Shown here: positions 1 to 10,255 of the stretch, piece by piece | How the letters are laid out: each line of letters begins with the position of its first letter | Numbering within the stretch: the first letter of the stretch is position 1 | Assembly (NCBI GenBank): GCA_019057795.1 | Contig: JAHLWS010000043.1 | Location: forward strand, 1 to 64,000 | Direction of reading: 5' to 3' | Source: Promethearchaeota archaeon | Lineage (GTDB): Archaea; Asgardarchaeota; Lokiarchaeia; Sigyniarchaeales; SOKP01 | Length of the DNA stretch: 64,000 nt | Notes under the pieces: generated by a model | What the model saw: only the letters and a program-made list of their open reading frames with translations | Databases searched by the model: none | Told to the model about the DNA's origin: nothing | Translations under genes and position numbers: made by a program

Positions 1-215
1 AGGCGAAAATATTTAATCCCCACATTGAAACCGCAAACGACCACTAATAATATACTAATAAGCAGAATTTTTAATCCTTTGCTTTTGAAAGGTCTGCCTC
101 CAAAGAATAGCAAAAGAGCTCCCACTACCAATCCAAATAAACCGATAAGTGAGCCTAAAGCTATTAGAAACTCAAAACCAGCCATCACAGCTGAAAAATA
201 CGTGTCAACATCCAT
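1..215 (-). CDS. small two-TM membrane protein (runs off window start)
   Basis: Manual translation MDVDTYFSAVMAGFEFLIALGSLIGLFGLVVGALLLFFGG...VCGFNVGIKYFR; paralog at 18113-18332; track ORF 25..234 is its antisense shadow. Confidence 0.75.
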   Translation of the reverse strand, partial: MDVDTYFSAVMAGFEFLIALGSLIGLFGLVVGALLLFFGGRPFKSKGLKILLISILLVVVCGFNVGIKYFR

Positions 216-271
216 TTTTTTTTATTACCTTTAATTAATTATTTTTTCTAATAAAATTATAAATTCGTTAT

Positions 272-315
272 ATATAAAAGGAAAAAGATGACTGTCCTCT
301 CAATAAATAAAAAAA
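272..315. repeat. 44-bp direct repeat, copy 1
   Basis: atataaaaggaaaaagatgactgtcctctcaataaataaaaaaa; 1 mismatch to 987-1030. Confidence 0.9.
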
Positions 316-330
316 AAAGTTTTTTGATAG

Positions 331-849
331 TTAATTAAGGAATTGGTAGATTTCAAAACAAGACCCGTCGTTTTTATCTATGCTAGGACTCTTTATCTTT
401 TTAAAGAATTGTTTAGAAAGCTCCTCCGGATTTTTATATTCGTTAGATCCAACATAACAGCAATAAAGAAGTTGAGATTCAATATCCATGGTAAATACGG
501 TTAAATAGGTGGTTTTATCATGAGAACATGCGGTAAAAAATGACAGGTCAATAAATATTCCCATTAATCGAAGAAAATCCTCATCGTTTTTAATATCTTT
601 TTTAATAATTTGTCCTAAACTTTCTTTGATCTCTTTCTTTAATGAATCTAACGCGTTTGATTTTAGATAATCGCTTCGGACCCTGTAATAATCTCTGCAG
701 AATTTAAATATATTTTTAAGATACCACGATGATTCAGTCCCAACCATGAACCCAAATTCGTTACAGTTGAACGCATTCTCCTTCAAACTAAAGTCAAGAG
801 GTTCAATAACCAATAGAAAGGTTTTACCTAATAGTTCCATTACATTCAC
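331..849 (-). CDS. hypothetical protein
   Basis: 172-aa ORF lying between the two 44-bp repeats. Confidence 0.65.
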   Translation of the reverse strand: MNVMELLGKTFLLVIEPLDFSLKENAFNCNEFGFMVGTESSWYLKNIFKFCRDYYRVRSDYLKSNALDSLKKEIKESLGQIIKKDIKNDEDFLRLMGIFIDLSFFTACSHDKTTYLTVFTMDIESQLLYCCYVGSNEYKNPEELSKQFFKKIKSPSIDKNDGSCFEIYQFLN

Positions 850-986
850 GTAATTTCGTTTAAATAATCTAACTATCTGTTTTTTTCTAATTATATAAAG
901 GAAAATTTTTGGGTAGCGTTAAATTATTAAATTACTTAAAATAATAGAATTACCAATTTCTCCCCTAATCTGTTAGAAATCAAGTC

Positions 987-1030
987 ATATAAAAGGAAAA
1001 AGATGACTGTTCTCTCAATAAATAAAAAAA
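987..1030. repeat. 44-bp direct repeat, copy 2
   Basis: Matches 272-315 with one c/t difference. Confidence 0.9.
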
Positions 1031-1157
1031 GAATTGAAAAAAATTTTATCGAGTCTTTCGGAAAACATTCCTATTGCGAATACAAAAAAATAATATTTAA
1101 AAGTAGGAATAGTTTAAAATTAAATAATTTAAAAGCCAAACAAAAGAGTGATCCAAA

Positions 1158-1355
1158 ATGCCTAATTGTGTAAAATGCGGCGAAGAAATCTCGGAAGAAC
1201 AATATTATAAGTTTAAAGTAATGTGTCCCAATTGCGTGAGAATGCAACTGCTTAATAAAAGTGCTAATGTCGGAAAAAGGTGTGTAATTTGCTTTATAAG
1301 TATATCAGTCGTATCTTTTTTAATTCTCTTCCTATTAATGTTTCTTTTGGGATAA
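1158..1355 (+). CDS. small zinc-finger membrane protein
   Basis: CVKC...CPNC plus C-terminal hydrophobic helix. Confidence 0.7.
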   Translation: MPNCVKCGEEISEEQYYKFKVMCPNCVRMQLLNKSANVGKRCVICFISISVVSFLILFLLMFLLG

Positions 1356-1413
1356 CTGGATTTAGTTTTTTTTTAGCTAATTTTTTTATTGAGGGAATAC
1401 CTATTTAGATACG

Positions 1414-2637
1414 ATGAATTCAAATTCTCTTGTAATGCAAGGAAGGATCTTGAGAGAAACGGAAAAGGCGTTATTTATTGCATTTAGGAACGGACGGGAA
1501 TCATGGGTGCCAAAGTCAACTATTTTTTCCTCTTACAATTCAAATTCAGAGAATACACAAGAATTTACTATTGCAAAATGGCTTTTGAAGAAAAATAATA
1601 TCCTAATAAATTCAAAAAATATTAACATTATTGGAGAATCGGGAAGCGAGACATTTTTAAAATCCCGATTGATTAAAAAAGGATTAGAAGGTTTTGAATC
1701 GTTTAGCGACATCCAACATTTCAAGAAGCATTTTAAAAGTATTTTAAAGACCAGTACGGACGAAGAACGAAAGAAATTACAATCAATTATAGAATCGCTT
1801 CGCTCCAATGAGGATGCTCTAATCAAGGATATAGAAGAAAGAAAAATGAAATTACAAACATCCCTCATTAAGGAAAAGCAGGAATTATTGGAAGGGGAGT
1901 TGACTTCCGAAGATCAAAAACGGGTAAAAAAAATTGATAGGCTGTTAGAAAAGAAGATTGATAAAATGTTTAAGAAAGAAAAGAAACAAATCAAGAGAAC
2001 CGAAAAGGAGATCGTGACTCGGGAAAAAAAAATTGAAAAGTCAGTGGAAAAATCTGTAAAAGACCTTCATACAGCCCACAACATCATCAAAAACAACAAA
2101 GCGTTCGTGGTTGGTGCAGTTGGAGAGACTGCTGCAATAAAGGAATTAAGAAAGCTCCCTGAAGAGTATTACATCTTAAACGAAGCAAAATTAAGCTTTT
2201 ACCGGGCGATACGCTGGAAAAAATACGGAGAATATGTGAAGTCGTGTAAGATAGACCATGTGGTGGTTGGTCCGCCAGGAGTCTTTTTAATCGAGACAAA
2301 GAATTGGAGTTCGCAAACTCTGGCAAACGCTAGGTTTACCCCTCATAAGCAAATTGAGCGAGCAGGATACATCTTTTTCATTCACATGATAAACAAATTT
2401 AGACGCAAATTTCCTACTTATCAAATTGTTGCTACATATAGAAAACTGCCAGAACTTTCCTATAGATTTGTGGATCAAATGACTATTAGAGAGGTAGTCA
2501 ATTACATCCTTCAAAAACGGAATGTGTTGGATGCTACTGAAATTCAGAAAATAGTAGAATGGCTCAGAAAAGGGCCTTATATCAGTAATGTTAAAGTTTT
2601 AAAAGGTTTGAAACTCCCGTTTAGATTTAAATGGTAG
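1414..2637 (+). CDS. NERD-domain (nuclease-related) protein with coiled coil
   Basis: GAVGE...IDHVVVGPPGVFLIETKNW NERD motif. Confidence 0.85.
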   Translation: MNSNSLVMQGRILRETEKALFIAFRNGRESWVPKSTIFSSYNSNSENTQEFTIAKWLLKKNNILINSKNINIIGESGSETFLKSRLIKKGLEGFESFSDIQHFKKHFKSILKTSTDEERKKLQSIIESLRSNEDALIKDIEERKMKLQTSLIKEKQELLEGELTSEDQKRVKKIDRLLEKKIDKMFKKEKKQIKRTEKEIVTREKKIEKSVEKSVKDLHTAHNIIKNNKAFVVGAVGETAAIKELRKLPEEYYILNEAKLSFYRAIRWKKYGEYVKSCKIDHVVVGPPGVFLIETKNWSSQTLANARFTPHKQIERAGYIFFIHMINKFRRKFPTYQIVATYRKLPELSYRFVDQMTIREVVNYILQKRNVLDATEIQKIVEWLRKGPYISNVKVLKGLKLPFRFKW

Positions 2638-2863
2638 TAAAATAGGAAGAATTTGAGTTTTGAAGGAAAAAAATAGAAAGATTAAAGAATAATTTATTAA
2701 ATAAAGGTCTGAAACTCCATATTAAAAATATTAATTTAATATTTTATAAATTAATCTAATTAATTCATAGCCTTTGAGTATAAAGATTAATGTTGATTAA
2801 GTATAAACAGTTTTTATGGAAGAGAAAAAAAAAATTTTAAGGCATCATTTTTTTCCAGATATT

Positions 2864-4486
2864 TTAAGTGGGACGTCGTATTACTATTCCCGGAGATTTC
2901 TTATTCTTTTTCCCGTTTTGGACGACGATCACACCATTGACAATAACATGTGGGATTCCTTCAGGAAGCTGATAGGGTTGTTCATAAGTTGCTGTATCTT
3001 TTACTTTATGAGGATCAAACATAACGATATCCGCCCAATTTCCTTCAAGAATTAGGCCTCTATCTTGAAGTCCAAGCTTATTGGCTGGAAAAGAGGTCAT
3101 CTTTCGTATTGCATCTTCAAGGGTTAAGATTTTTTCCTCTCTTACATATTTAGCAAGAATGCGAGGATAGGTTCCAAAACACCTGGGATGGAATGCTCCT
3201 GAACTGAAAGCTCCAGGAATTCCAAATCCGTCAGTACCAACCATTTGATACCGACCTGCCATAATTCGACATATATCCTCCTCGCCCATGCTTTCAATCG
3301 TGATCCCTACTGCCAATTTATTATCAATAAGTAATGTAAAAAAAGTCTCCCAATCGTCAGCCATCCCTTTAATCTTAGTGATTTTAGGAATGTTTAAAGT
3401 GGTGACATCCTTCCATTTGTCAGAACTCACTGTAGAGATGTAAATATTCTTCATTCCTTCATTTTGAATCCAATTTTCCCATCCTTCGATCCCTTCCTCT
3501 ACATCTTTTTTAATTTTCTGTTGAATTTCTGGATCTTTTATCCGTTCTAAGATGATATCGTTATTTCCTTCACGAGTCCAAGGAGGCAGTGCTGTTGCAA
3601 GATCTGACATTCCCCTGTTATATGGATATTGATCATAGGTTATGTGTATCCCTCTCTCGTTAGCTTCCTCAATTAGTTTTAAAGTTTGGATACTTCCTCC
3701 CCAAAACGCTTCACCAGCAACTTTATGGTGTGCGATTTGACCTCCAACGCATCCAGATTTTTCGACGATTTCTATAACTTCTTTAATCGCTTTAATGATA
3801 CTATTCCCTTCGCTGCGAATATGAGAGAAATATAAGCCATTATATTTAGCCACTACTTTAGTAAGTTCAATAATTTCTTCTGTCTTGGCAAATATTTGTG
3901 GGGCATAAATCAAGCCGGTACTCATTCCAAAAGCTCCTGCTTCCATAGCTTCCCGCAAATAACTTTTCATTTGTTCCATCTCTTCGTATGTTGCAGCACG
4001 GTTTTCGAAAGTTTGACCTCCTGCCCATCTTATGTTCCCATAACCTACACAAAAAGCTAAGTTTGCTGAATTTCTTTTACGTTCATTATATTCCAAATAT
4101 TCAGCAAAAGTATGATAGGGATAATCAAACTGTTGGAGTACTGGGTCCAGTTTAGCTACTATTTTCTTAAACTCTTCTTCTTTACCTTCAGGAATAGGAG
4201 CCATCCCATCTCCGCACATGCCTACCATTGTTGTAGTGACTCCTTGACATAGGGTTGATTCTTGACTTCTATTTACGGGCAAAATATAATCAGTGTGAGA
4301 ATGAATATCAATAAATCCAGGACAAATAAATAATCCTTTTGCATCAATTACTTTCTTAGCATCTTCGTTTATTTTAGGTTTAATTTTAATAATTCTTCCT
4401 TCTTTAATCCCAATTTCTCCGGGATACCAAGGATTTCCTGCTCCACTAATTATTTTTCCATTTTTAATAGTTATATCATAAACCAT
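2864..4486 (-). CDS. N-acyl-D-amino-acid deacylase (D-aminoacylase, amidohydrolase family)
   Basis: PGFIDIHSHTD, GMCG, STGLIYAP, HPRCFGTYPR, MTSFPA. Confidence 0.9.
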   Translation of the reverse strand: MVYDITIKNGKIISGAGNPWYPGEIGIKEGRIIKIKPKINEDAKKVIDAKGLFICPGFIDIHSHTDYILPVNRSQESTLCQGVTTTMVGMCGDGMAPIPEGKEEEFKKIVAKLDPVLQQFDYPYHTFAEYLEYNERKRNSANLAFCVGYGNIRWAGGQTFENRAATYEEMEQMKSYLREAMEAGAFGMSTGLIYAPQIFAKTEEIIELTKVVAKYNGLYFSHIRSEGNSIIKAIKEVIEIVEKSGCVGGQIAHHKVAGEAFWGGSIQTLKLIEEANERGIHITYDQYPYNRGMSDLATALPPWTREGNNDIILERIKDPEIQQKIKKDVEEGIEGWENWIQNEGMKNIYISTVSSDKWKDVTTLNIPKITKIKGMADDWETFFTLLIDNKLAVGITIESMGEEDICRIMAGRYQMVGTDGFGIPGAFSSGAFHPRCFGTYPRILAKYVREEKILTLEDAIRKMTSFPANKLGLQDRGLILEGNWADIVMFDPHKVKDTATYEQPYQLPEGIPHVIVNGVIVVQNGKKNKKSPGIVIRRPT

Positions 4487-4533
4487 AATGTCTTCACCTA
4501 AACAAATTATATATGATAATAGACTTAAAAATT

Positions 4534-4680
4534 TTACTTTGGTAATTCCTTTTTAACAAAGAATATCTTTGATGCACGGCACTTAGGACATTTGTAATCA
4601 TTTCTAATACTTTCAAATGTTTTTTCTTGTTCTTCATCAATATAGAGATAATTACATCTTTTACATCTATAGATTGGCAT
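4534..4680 (-). CDS. rubredoxin (48 aa, absent from ORF track)
   Basis: MPIYRCKRCNYLYIDEE...DYKCPKCRASK; directly downstream of the reductase. Confidence 0.85.
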   Translation of the reverse strand: MPIYRCKRCNYLYIDEEQEKTFESIRNDYKCPKCRASKIFFVKKELPK

Positions 4681-4695
4681 AAATTTCCCTCTTCT

Positions 4696-6039
4696 TTATT
4701 TCTTTTTAAACCCTTCTTTTGGTTTTTTACAGTTTGGACATCTCCAATCTTTTAGTAAATTTTTAAAAAGAACACCCATTTTTGATTCGTCGTATTCTGC
4801 GCCGCAGTTAGAGCACTCGTAAATATATAATTCAAGCAACTTTCGGAGTTCTTCTTTATCCACATCTTGTTCCATCTTTTTGTAAACGTAAGAAATTGCT
4901 TTATTATCGCCAAACAGAATTGCTCCTTTGAGTTTATTATCTTTCAGCACAATTTTTTGATAGCAACAGTCTTTTTTATCTGATTTTTTTAAGATCTCCC
5001 ACCCAGCCCCTTCTTCTTTTAAAGGGTCAATAGTGCCAATCGAAGTTAATTCTATCCCTACGATTTTAAGAGTGTTTTTAGGCGTAGTTCCTTCGTATTC
5101 AACTTTTTTCAATTCGAGAACTGAAGCGGCTACAATTTTCGATTGTTCCATACAAGCGGGTATTATCCCCCAGATTTGGTCTTTATATTGCACGCAATCT
5201 CCAACGGCGTAAATGTCTTTTTCGCTTGTTTCTAAAAATTCGTTAATAATTATCCCTCGATCCGTTTTAATATTAGCACTTTTTGCCAAATCTATAATAG
5301 GTCGAATCCCCGCTTGAATTAACACTACATCAGAATCAAATTTTCTTCCATCTTTTAATTTTATGCTATTCACTCTTCCATCTCCTAAAATTTCTTCAGT
5401 TGCGGCGCTTAATATTACTTTAATTCCTCTACTTTCAATCTCATCTTTTAGCATCGTACCGCATTCTTCGTCTAGTTGTCTTGGTAACAGTCGGGGGAAA
5501 AATTCTACAACGGTCGTATCTAAGTTACAATCGTTGATCTGACTTGCTAATTCTAAACCTAAAAGACCCCCTCCAATTATGATAGCTTTCTTTACAATAA
5601 ATTTTTCAATATAATCTCTGATTTTTAGTGCGTCGTCTATAGTCCGTAAAGTGAAAACTCCTTTATTACCATCCTTCATTTCTCTTGCATTTTTTATAGG
5701 TGGAATATTTGGCGTGCTTCCTAAAGCAAGGATCAGTTTATCATATAGTACTGGTTCACCATCCTTCTCAAAAAGGATAGTTCTATTCTTTGGATCGATG
5801 TTCACTGCTTTTTTGTTCAAATATAACTTCAAATCTTTGTTTTTGTACCATTCTTCGTCAAAAACGATTAAATCTTCAGCTTTAATCTTCCCGGGAATTA
5901 ATTCTGGAAGATGTACTCTCGAATAATAAGGGTAAGTTTCTTGAGTAAAAATCTCAATTTCTACTTCATTGTTGAGAAATCTAATGTTTTGAGCAGAAAA
6001 GGTTCCAGCAACATTATTTCCCAATATGACAACTTTCAT
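4696..6039 (-). CDS. NAD(P)H/FAD-dependent oxidoreductase (NADH:rubredoxin reductase-like) with C-terminal rubredoxin domain
   Basis: GGGLLGLE, TSEKDIYAVGDC; C-terminal CSNC...WRCPNC. Confidence 0.9.
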   Translation of the reverse strand: MKVVILGNNVAGTFSAQNIRFLNNEVEIEIFTQETYPYYSRVHLPELIPGKIKAEDLIVFDEEWYKNKDLKLYLNKKAVNIDPKNRTILFEKDGEPVLYDKLILALGSTPNIPPIKNAREMKDGNKGVFTLRTIDDALKIRDYIEKFIVKKAIIIGGGLLGLELASQINDCNLDTTVVEFFPRLLPRQLDEECGTMLKDEIESRGIKVILSAATEEILGDGRVNSIKLKDGRKFDSDVVLIQAGIRPIIDLAKSANIKTDRGIIINEFLETSEKDIYAVGDCVQYKDQIWGIIPACMEQSKIVAASVLELKKVEYEGTTPKNTLKIVGIELTSIGTIDPLKEEGAGWEILKKSDKKDCCYQKIVLKDNKLKGAILFGDNKAISYVYKKMEQDVDKEELRKLLELYIYECSNCGAEYDESKMGVLFKNLLKDWRCPNCKKPKEGFKKK

Positions 6040-6575
6040 AAGTTAATTAGTTTTGTTATCTTATTTTAAAGTTTTTATTATGAATATTAACAGCAGAATT
6101 ACTATTAATGAACCAGTATTTTATCTTAAAGAACGAACCCGTAGGTGGTGTACTGGAAACCATAATAAATATATGCCAATTCCTAATTTTTCGCACCACT
6201 AAAAGCCCTTAAATTTTTCAAGATAAGTTGATAGTCCAGTAATTAGGTTTTGGAAATAAATAGATTTGTTCTTATGATTCGCATTTAATTGTTCTAAAAT
6301 CTCTTCTTTTGTAGCTCCTATTTGATATATACTTTTCTTTCTACTTAATAAATGCATTAGGACTGAAATTTCATTTTTTTTTTAACCTCAAATATATAAT
6401 GTGTTTGTTTCTTTTTGATATTTAACTTTCCCTACATTTAACAAAATCACATCGAATAAAAGTACCAACACCTCCACATGATGAAAAGGAGAACTAATAT
6501 TATTCTGCTAATAATCCTTAGAAAAATTCAAGATTTTCATTTTTCTATTAAAACTCTAAATTTAAAATACCCTCA

Positions 6576-7310
6576 CTAAGGATCTATGGGTAAATTAAAA
6601 GAAATAGTTGGAAAATTTTGGTTTAGAGTTCTAATTAATAAATTTTTCATTTCTATATATTTATACTCTTTATTAATATTATAACAATTTGTATATGCTG
6701 CTTCAAAGTCTTTACATTTATTAAAAGGATTTTCTAATTCTTTATTTATCATCCAGTAATAGTAAAAATATTTATCACTAACTTGAGGTTCCATGGTTGG
6801 CAAGTTAAATTCTTCTCTTTTTATACAAAGTTTATTTTTTTCAAATATTTTTTTATAATTACTTGGTAATCCCTCAATAATAATTCTGCATTCTCCGGGA
6901 GTCATTTTTGGTTTTGTCACTTCTGAGTCTATATAAGCATTTAGATATCCATTGCCAAATAATCCCATCTTTTCGATACTCTCATGTTCTATTAAATCAG
7001 TATAACGAAATTTTCCATAGGCAATAGAAGTTGTGAGCATAATATTATTTATTAACATTTCTCTGTTTATTTGGACAACAATATTTAAGATATCTTCAAT
7101 TTTTTGATTAGCACTTCCTTTACATGCAGATAAAATTCCACAATCTGACACAAAAAAACCTTTAACTCTAGTTTGATTTTTCAATAATCGAAATCCCGCC
7201 TTATAGAAATCTTTCATTACTCTATAAGCATCAATTTCTCTTTTCATCATTACTTTAAACCCAGAAATATCCATAAATCCAACTAATGTATTTTCGTTAA
7301 AATTCTCCAT
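6576..7310 (-). CDS. class III nucleotidyl-cyclase-like protein
   Basis: FMDISGF, FVSDC, SIAYG, FGNGYLNAY resemble cyclase core motifs. Confidence 0.55.
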   Translation of the reverse strand: MENFNENTLVGFMDISGFKVMMKREIDAYRVMKDFYKAGFRLLKNQTRVKGFFVSDCGILSACKGSANQKIEDILNIVVQINREMLINNIMLTTSIAYGKFRYTDLIEHESIEKMGLFGNGYLNAYIDSEVTKPKMTPGECRIIIEGLPSNYKKIFEKNKLCIKREEFNLPTMEPQVSDKYFYYYWMINKELENPFNKCKDFEAAYTNCYNINKEYKYIEMKNLLIRTLNQNFPTISFNLPIDP

Positions 7311-7495
7311 AATTAGTCATAAATTAAATTTTTTTCCTTTTATATAAACTATCCTATTAATTTAAGTGTGGATTTTAAAACGCTTATCTAATAAAGAATT
7401 ACTATTTGTAAAAAGAAATCCATTACTATTATATAAGTGAATTTTCTTCTCCCTAGTAGAAGGATAAAAACTAAAAGTTAATCTTGTGAACGAAT

Positions 7496-8446
7496 ATGAA
7501 TGAAGAGGATATAAAAAAACTCTTTCAAGAATTAGGAGAGGAATTTTCTCTCGAAGATATTGTAAAATTAGGGCAAGACTTTCAAACAATGCCTGCTACA
7601 AAATACTTTTCAAAGGTGATGAAATGGATTGATACCAAGTCTAATAATGTTGAAAACTTGAAAAAATTATACAGATTACTAAAATTTGGCTTATTTCAGA
7701 CAGACAACCCTCAGCTTGATCCATTTCTCTATAAAATAATTGAAGAAGAATTCATTAAAGCAGTCAATAAAGATTTAAAGAAGTTTAATCAAATTTCATT
7801 GTTATATATGAAGAGATTAGATAATAAATTTCCCCTTGAGGGAATTTACCAGACACTTTTAATCTTCAATGATGCAAAAGAGGATATAGAGAAATTATCG
7901 ACAACTTTAAGTTATCAAGAATTCCAAATGAAATTCATAGAATTATTTGAACACCTTATTATGAATAATGATGAAGGAAAATTTCTTGCATATTTCTTTG
8001 ACTGGACACTGAAATTTGGATACATTATTGAAGCCTATATAAAGGAAATGCTGTGTATGAAATTAATGATTAAAAATTTATTAGAAGAGAAAATTTATGA
8101 ATATTTATTAGAAAGAACTCCCGAAATAGGTAAAATCTTAACTTATTTAGGATTGGACAAGACTATCTCGAAAATCCGCAATGCAATTTTCCATTCTGAA
8201 TTTTTTTTAGAATATCAGATTAATTGGGATAAACGAATAATTACTTTTAAGAAAGGAAAAGAAAAGTATGAGTTATCAATTAAAGATTTTGTTAGTCTCT
8301 TCTTTATAACTACCCAAATCGCAATAGTTTTTAATTTTGCTCTAATAAATGTGCATTTATTTAAAATTAACAAAGGAAACGAAGAAGTACTTGAATACAT
8401 TATAAATAACTTTAAAAAAAGTATAGCCTCTTATCTTCCTGTTTAG
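7496..8446 (+). CDS. putative HEPN-domain protein
   Basis: Helical protein with RNAIFH (RxxxxH). Confidence 0.55.
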   Translation: MNEEDIKKLFQELGEEFSLEDIVKLGQDFQTMPATKYFSKVMKWIDTKSNNVENLKKLYRLLKFGLFQTDNPQLDPFLYKIIEEEFIKAVNKDLKKFNQISLLYMKRLDNKFPLEGIYQTLLIFNDAKEDIEKLSTTLSYQEFQMKFIELFEHLIMNNDEGKFLAYFFDWTLKFGYIIEAYIKEMLCMKLMIKNLLEEKIYEYLLERTPEIGKILTYLGLDKTISKIRNAIFHSEFFLEYQINWDKRIITFKKGKEKYELSIKDFVSLFFITTQIAIVFNFALINVHLFKINKGNEEVLEYIINNFKKSIASYLPV

Positions 8447-8740
8447 ATAAACAGAATAGAAATTGCGTGAAAATCTAGCCACAGAGGGGAGGGAGATAAT
8501 ATTATAGAAGAGAATGGGGAAAAAATATATGTTTGTTGTATCTAATATAGGTTAAGACAAAAATTAATGAAAGGTCATGATCAAATCAAATGAACAATAA
8601 TTGGGAAAAGGAAGGGCTTAAATTTTTAGAAAGCATATTAGGGGAAGATATATCTTTTGAAGAACCGGAAAATAATTTGGAAGAAAATTCAAATAAAGAG
8701 TTAAGCATTTCCTTTTTTAAAAATGTAATAACTCATTAGA

Positions 8741-9556
8741 TTAAGTTTTAAATGTATTTTGTTCCTCTAATATTATTTTTTCTAATTCTTGTTGTAATTT
8801 AACTACAAGCTTACTTGGTACTGAAAATTTTTCTTTATGTAATTTTTCTTTTAAATCTTTAATATAGTTGTGTTGGTATTCTTTTCGTAACATACAATAA
8901 ATTATAGCATTATCAATTATTTTAGGAATTGTTGGATTCCATTTATCATCAATTAAATCCTCTGATTTAATTTTTTGGGCAATTTTCCAAGAATTTTCAA
9001 ATATCTTCAGAAATGGAGCAGGATTTTCCGAATTTTTAGGATTTTCATATACCGAAAAATATCTCATTGTATTCCTACTGTCTATAGGTATTATCAATTC
9101 TGGTAGAAGAAAGTGAAGGGTTTTAGAATTAGACACTATTCTTGGATTGGTTTCCATTAATTTTAACCCTTTATATAAGATTCTTAATTTTGATTTAACA
9201 ATTTCAATATTATCTTCTGTTAATTCATTTAACTTGAACTCAGATAAATTTATGATATTGTCCCTTTGACTTATTAACTCTTTTTCAAATTCTTTGTAAT
9301 TTTTAATCTTCGCATTCCGAATAGCCATATCCCAAGAGATTAAAGTACTATAAATTAATACTATAAACTCGTTATTCATATTATCCTTAAGTAATTCTTT
9401 GAGCGTAAATTCTCTTTTCTTTTGAATAATTAATCTATAGAAGTAATAATCTAATTTCTTCCTATAACCCCATTCATTGAATCCTTTAATTAATACTGAT
9501 ATATTATCAGCTATTTCATTAATAAGGAATTGATTTAGTTTTTCTTTGTCATCCAT
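8741..9556 (-). CDS. hypothetical protein, HhH/DUF6308-like motif
   Basis: SNSKTLHFLLPELIIPIDSR motif. Confidence 0.5.
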   Translation of the reverse strand: MDDKEKLNQFLINEIADNISVLIKGFNEWGYRKKLDYYFYRLIIQKKREFTLKELLKDNMNNEFIVLIYSTLISWDMAIRNAKIKNYKEFEKELISQRDNIINLSEFKLNELTEDNIEIVKSKLRILYKGLKLMETNPRIVSNSKTLHFLLPELIIPIDSRNTMRYFSVYENPKNSENPAPFLKIFENSWKIAQKIKSEDLIDDKWNPTIPKIIDNAIIYCMLRKEYQHNYIKDLKEKLHKEKFSVPSKLVVKLQQELEKIILEEQNTFKT

Positions 9557-9766
9557 TTTTATCAGGTTTAACTTTAATATCCTCTAATAATTTAAATTAG
9601 TGTTTTTGATATTTTTTGTATTACATAAGTATTACAAAATTATGTTTTTATAATGTTGTATTCTACATTTATAACTCCTTAATGTATATTAATTTTTAAA
9701 TACTCGAATTAAATTTTATTCCAAAAACAAGAAGGTTTACGAAAATCTATTAAAATTATTTACAAA

Positions 9767-9985
9767 TCAAATCAGAAAAAAAAAAAAAATTTCAACAATT
9801 TCTATATTTACAAGGTCGCCGTCTTTCAAATCGAGTGGGTCAGCATATTTCTTAATGATTATCATTTTTAATGATGTACTTGAATACTTTCTTAAACTTC
9901 TACGAATATAGATATTTTTTTCAAAATATTCATTTTTTCTCGAAATACCTAAAATTTTTATACCAATTTTCATATTTGCTTTCAA
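9767..9985 (-). CDS. AbrB/SpoVT-like small DNA-binding protein (3' end in homopolymer)
   Basis: SLKMIIIKKYADPLDLKDGDLVNIEI pattern. Confidence 0.45.
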   Translation of the reverse strand: MKANMKIGIKILGISRKNEYFEKNIYIRRSLRKYSSTSLKMIIIKKYADPLDLKDGDLVNIEIVEIFFFFLI

Positions 9986-10255
9986 TTCTTCTTTTTCTGC
10001 TACTTATTTTTCGAATTCTTTCACGATTTAGCCTCGATTAGCAAAATCGGGGTTCAGATATTAGAAGAATTCTGGGGCGACTGGAAAAGGGATTGTAATA
10101 TACAGATTTAGGTTTTTAAGCCTTTTTTATTTTTTTGAACGCCTTGAACACGATTAGAACTCAAACTGTTCAAACTATTTTGGACTTCTCACCCTTTACA
10201 ATATAGTATTATTATTATTATTTTGAACAAAAATATAAAAAAACATTCCATATAG

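Noticed and set aside
25-234. Track ORFs 25..234, 18051..18347, 30375..30572, 63700..63924 and similar short overlapping ORFs
   Set aside because: Antisense shadows of better-supported genes
6080-6380. Short minus-strand coding remnant (ISVLMHLLSRK...)
   Set aside because: Start and frame disrupted; cannot assign
10030-10054. Hairpin cctcgatt/aatcgggg
   Set aside because: Isolated; no supporting RNA or element context
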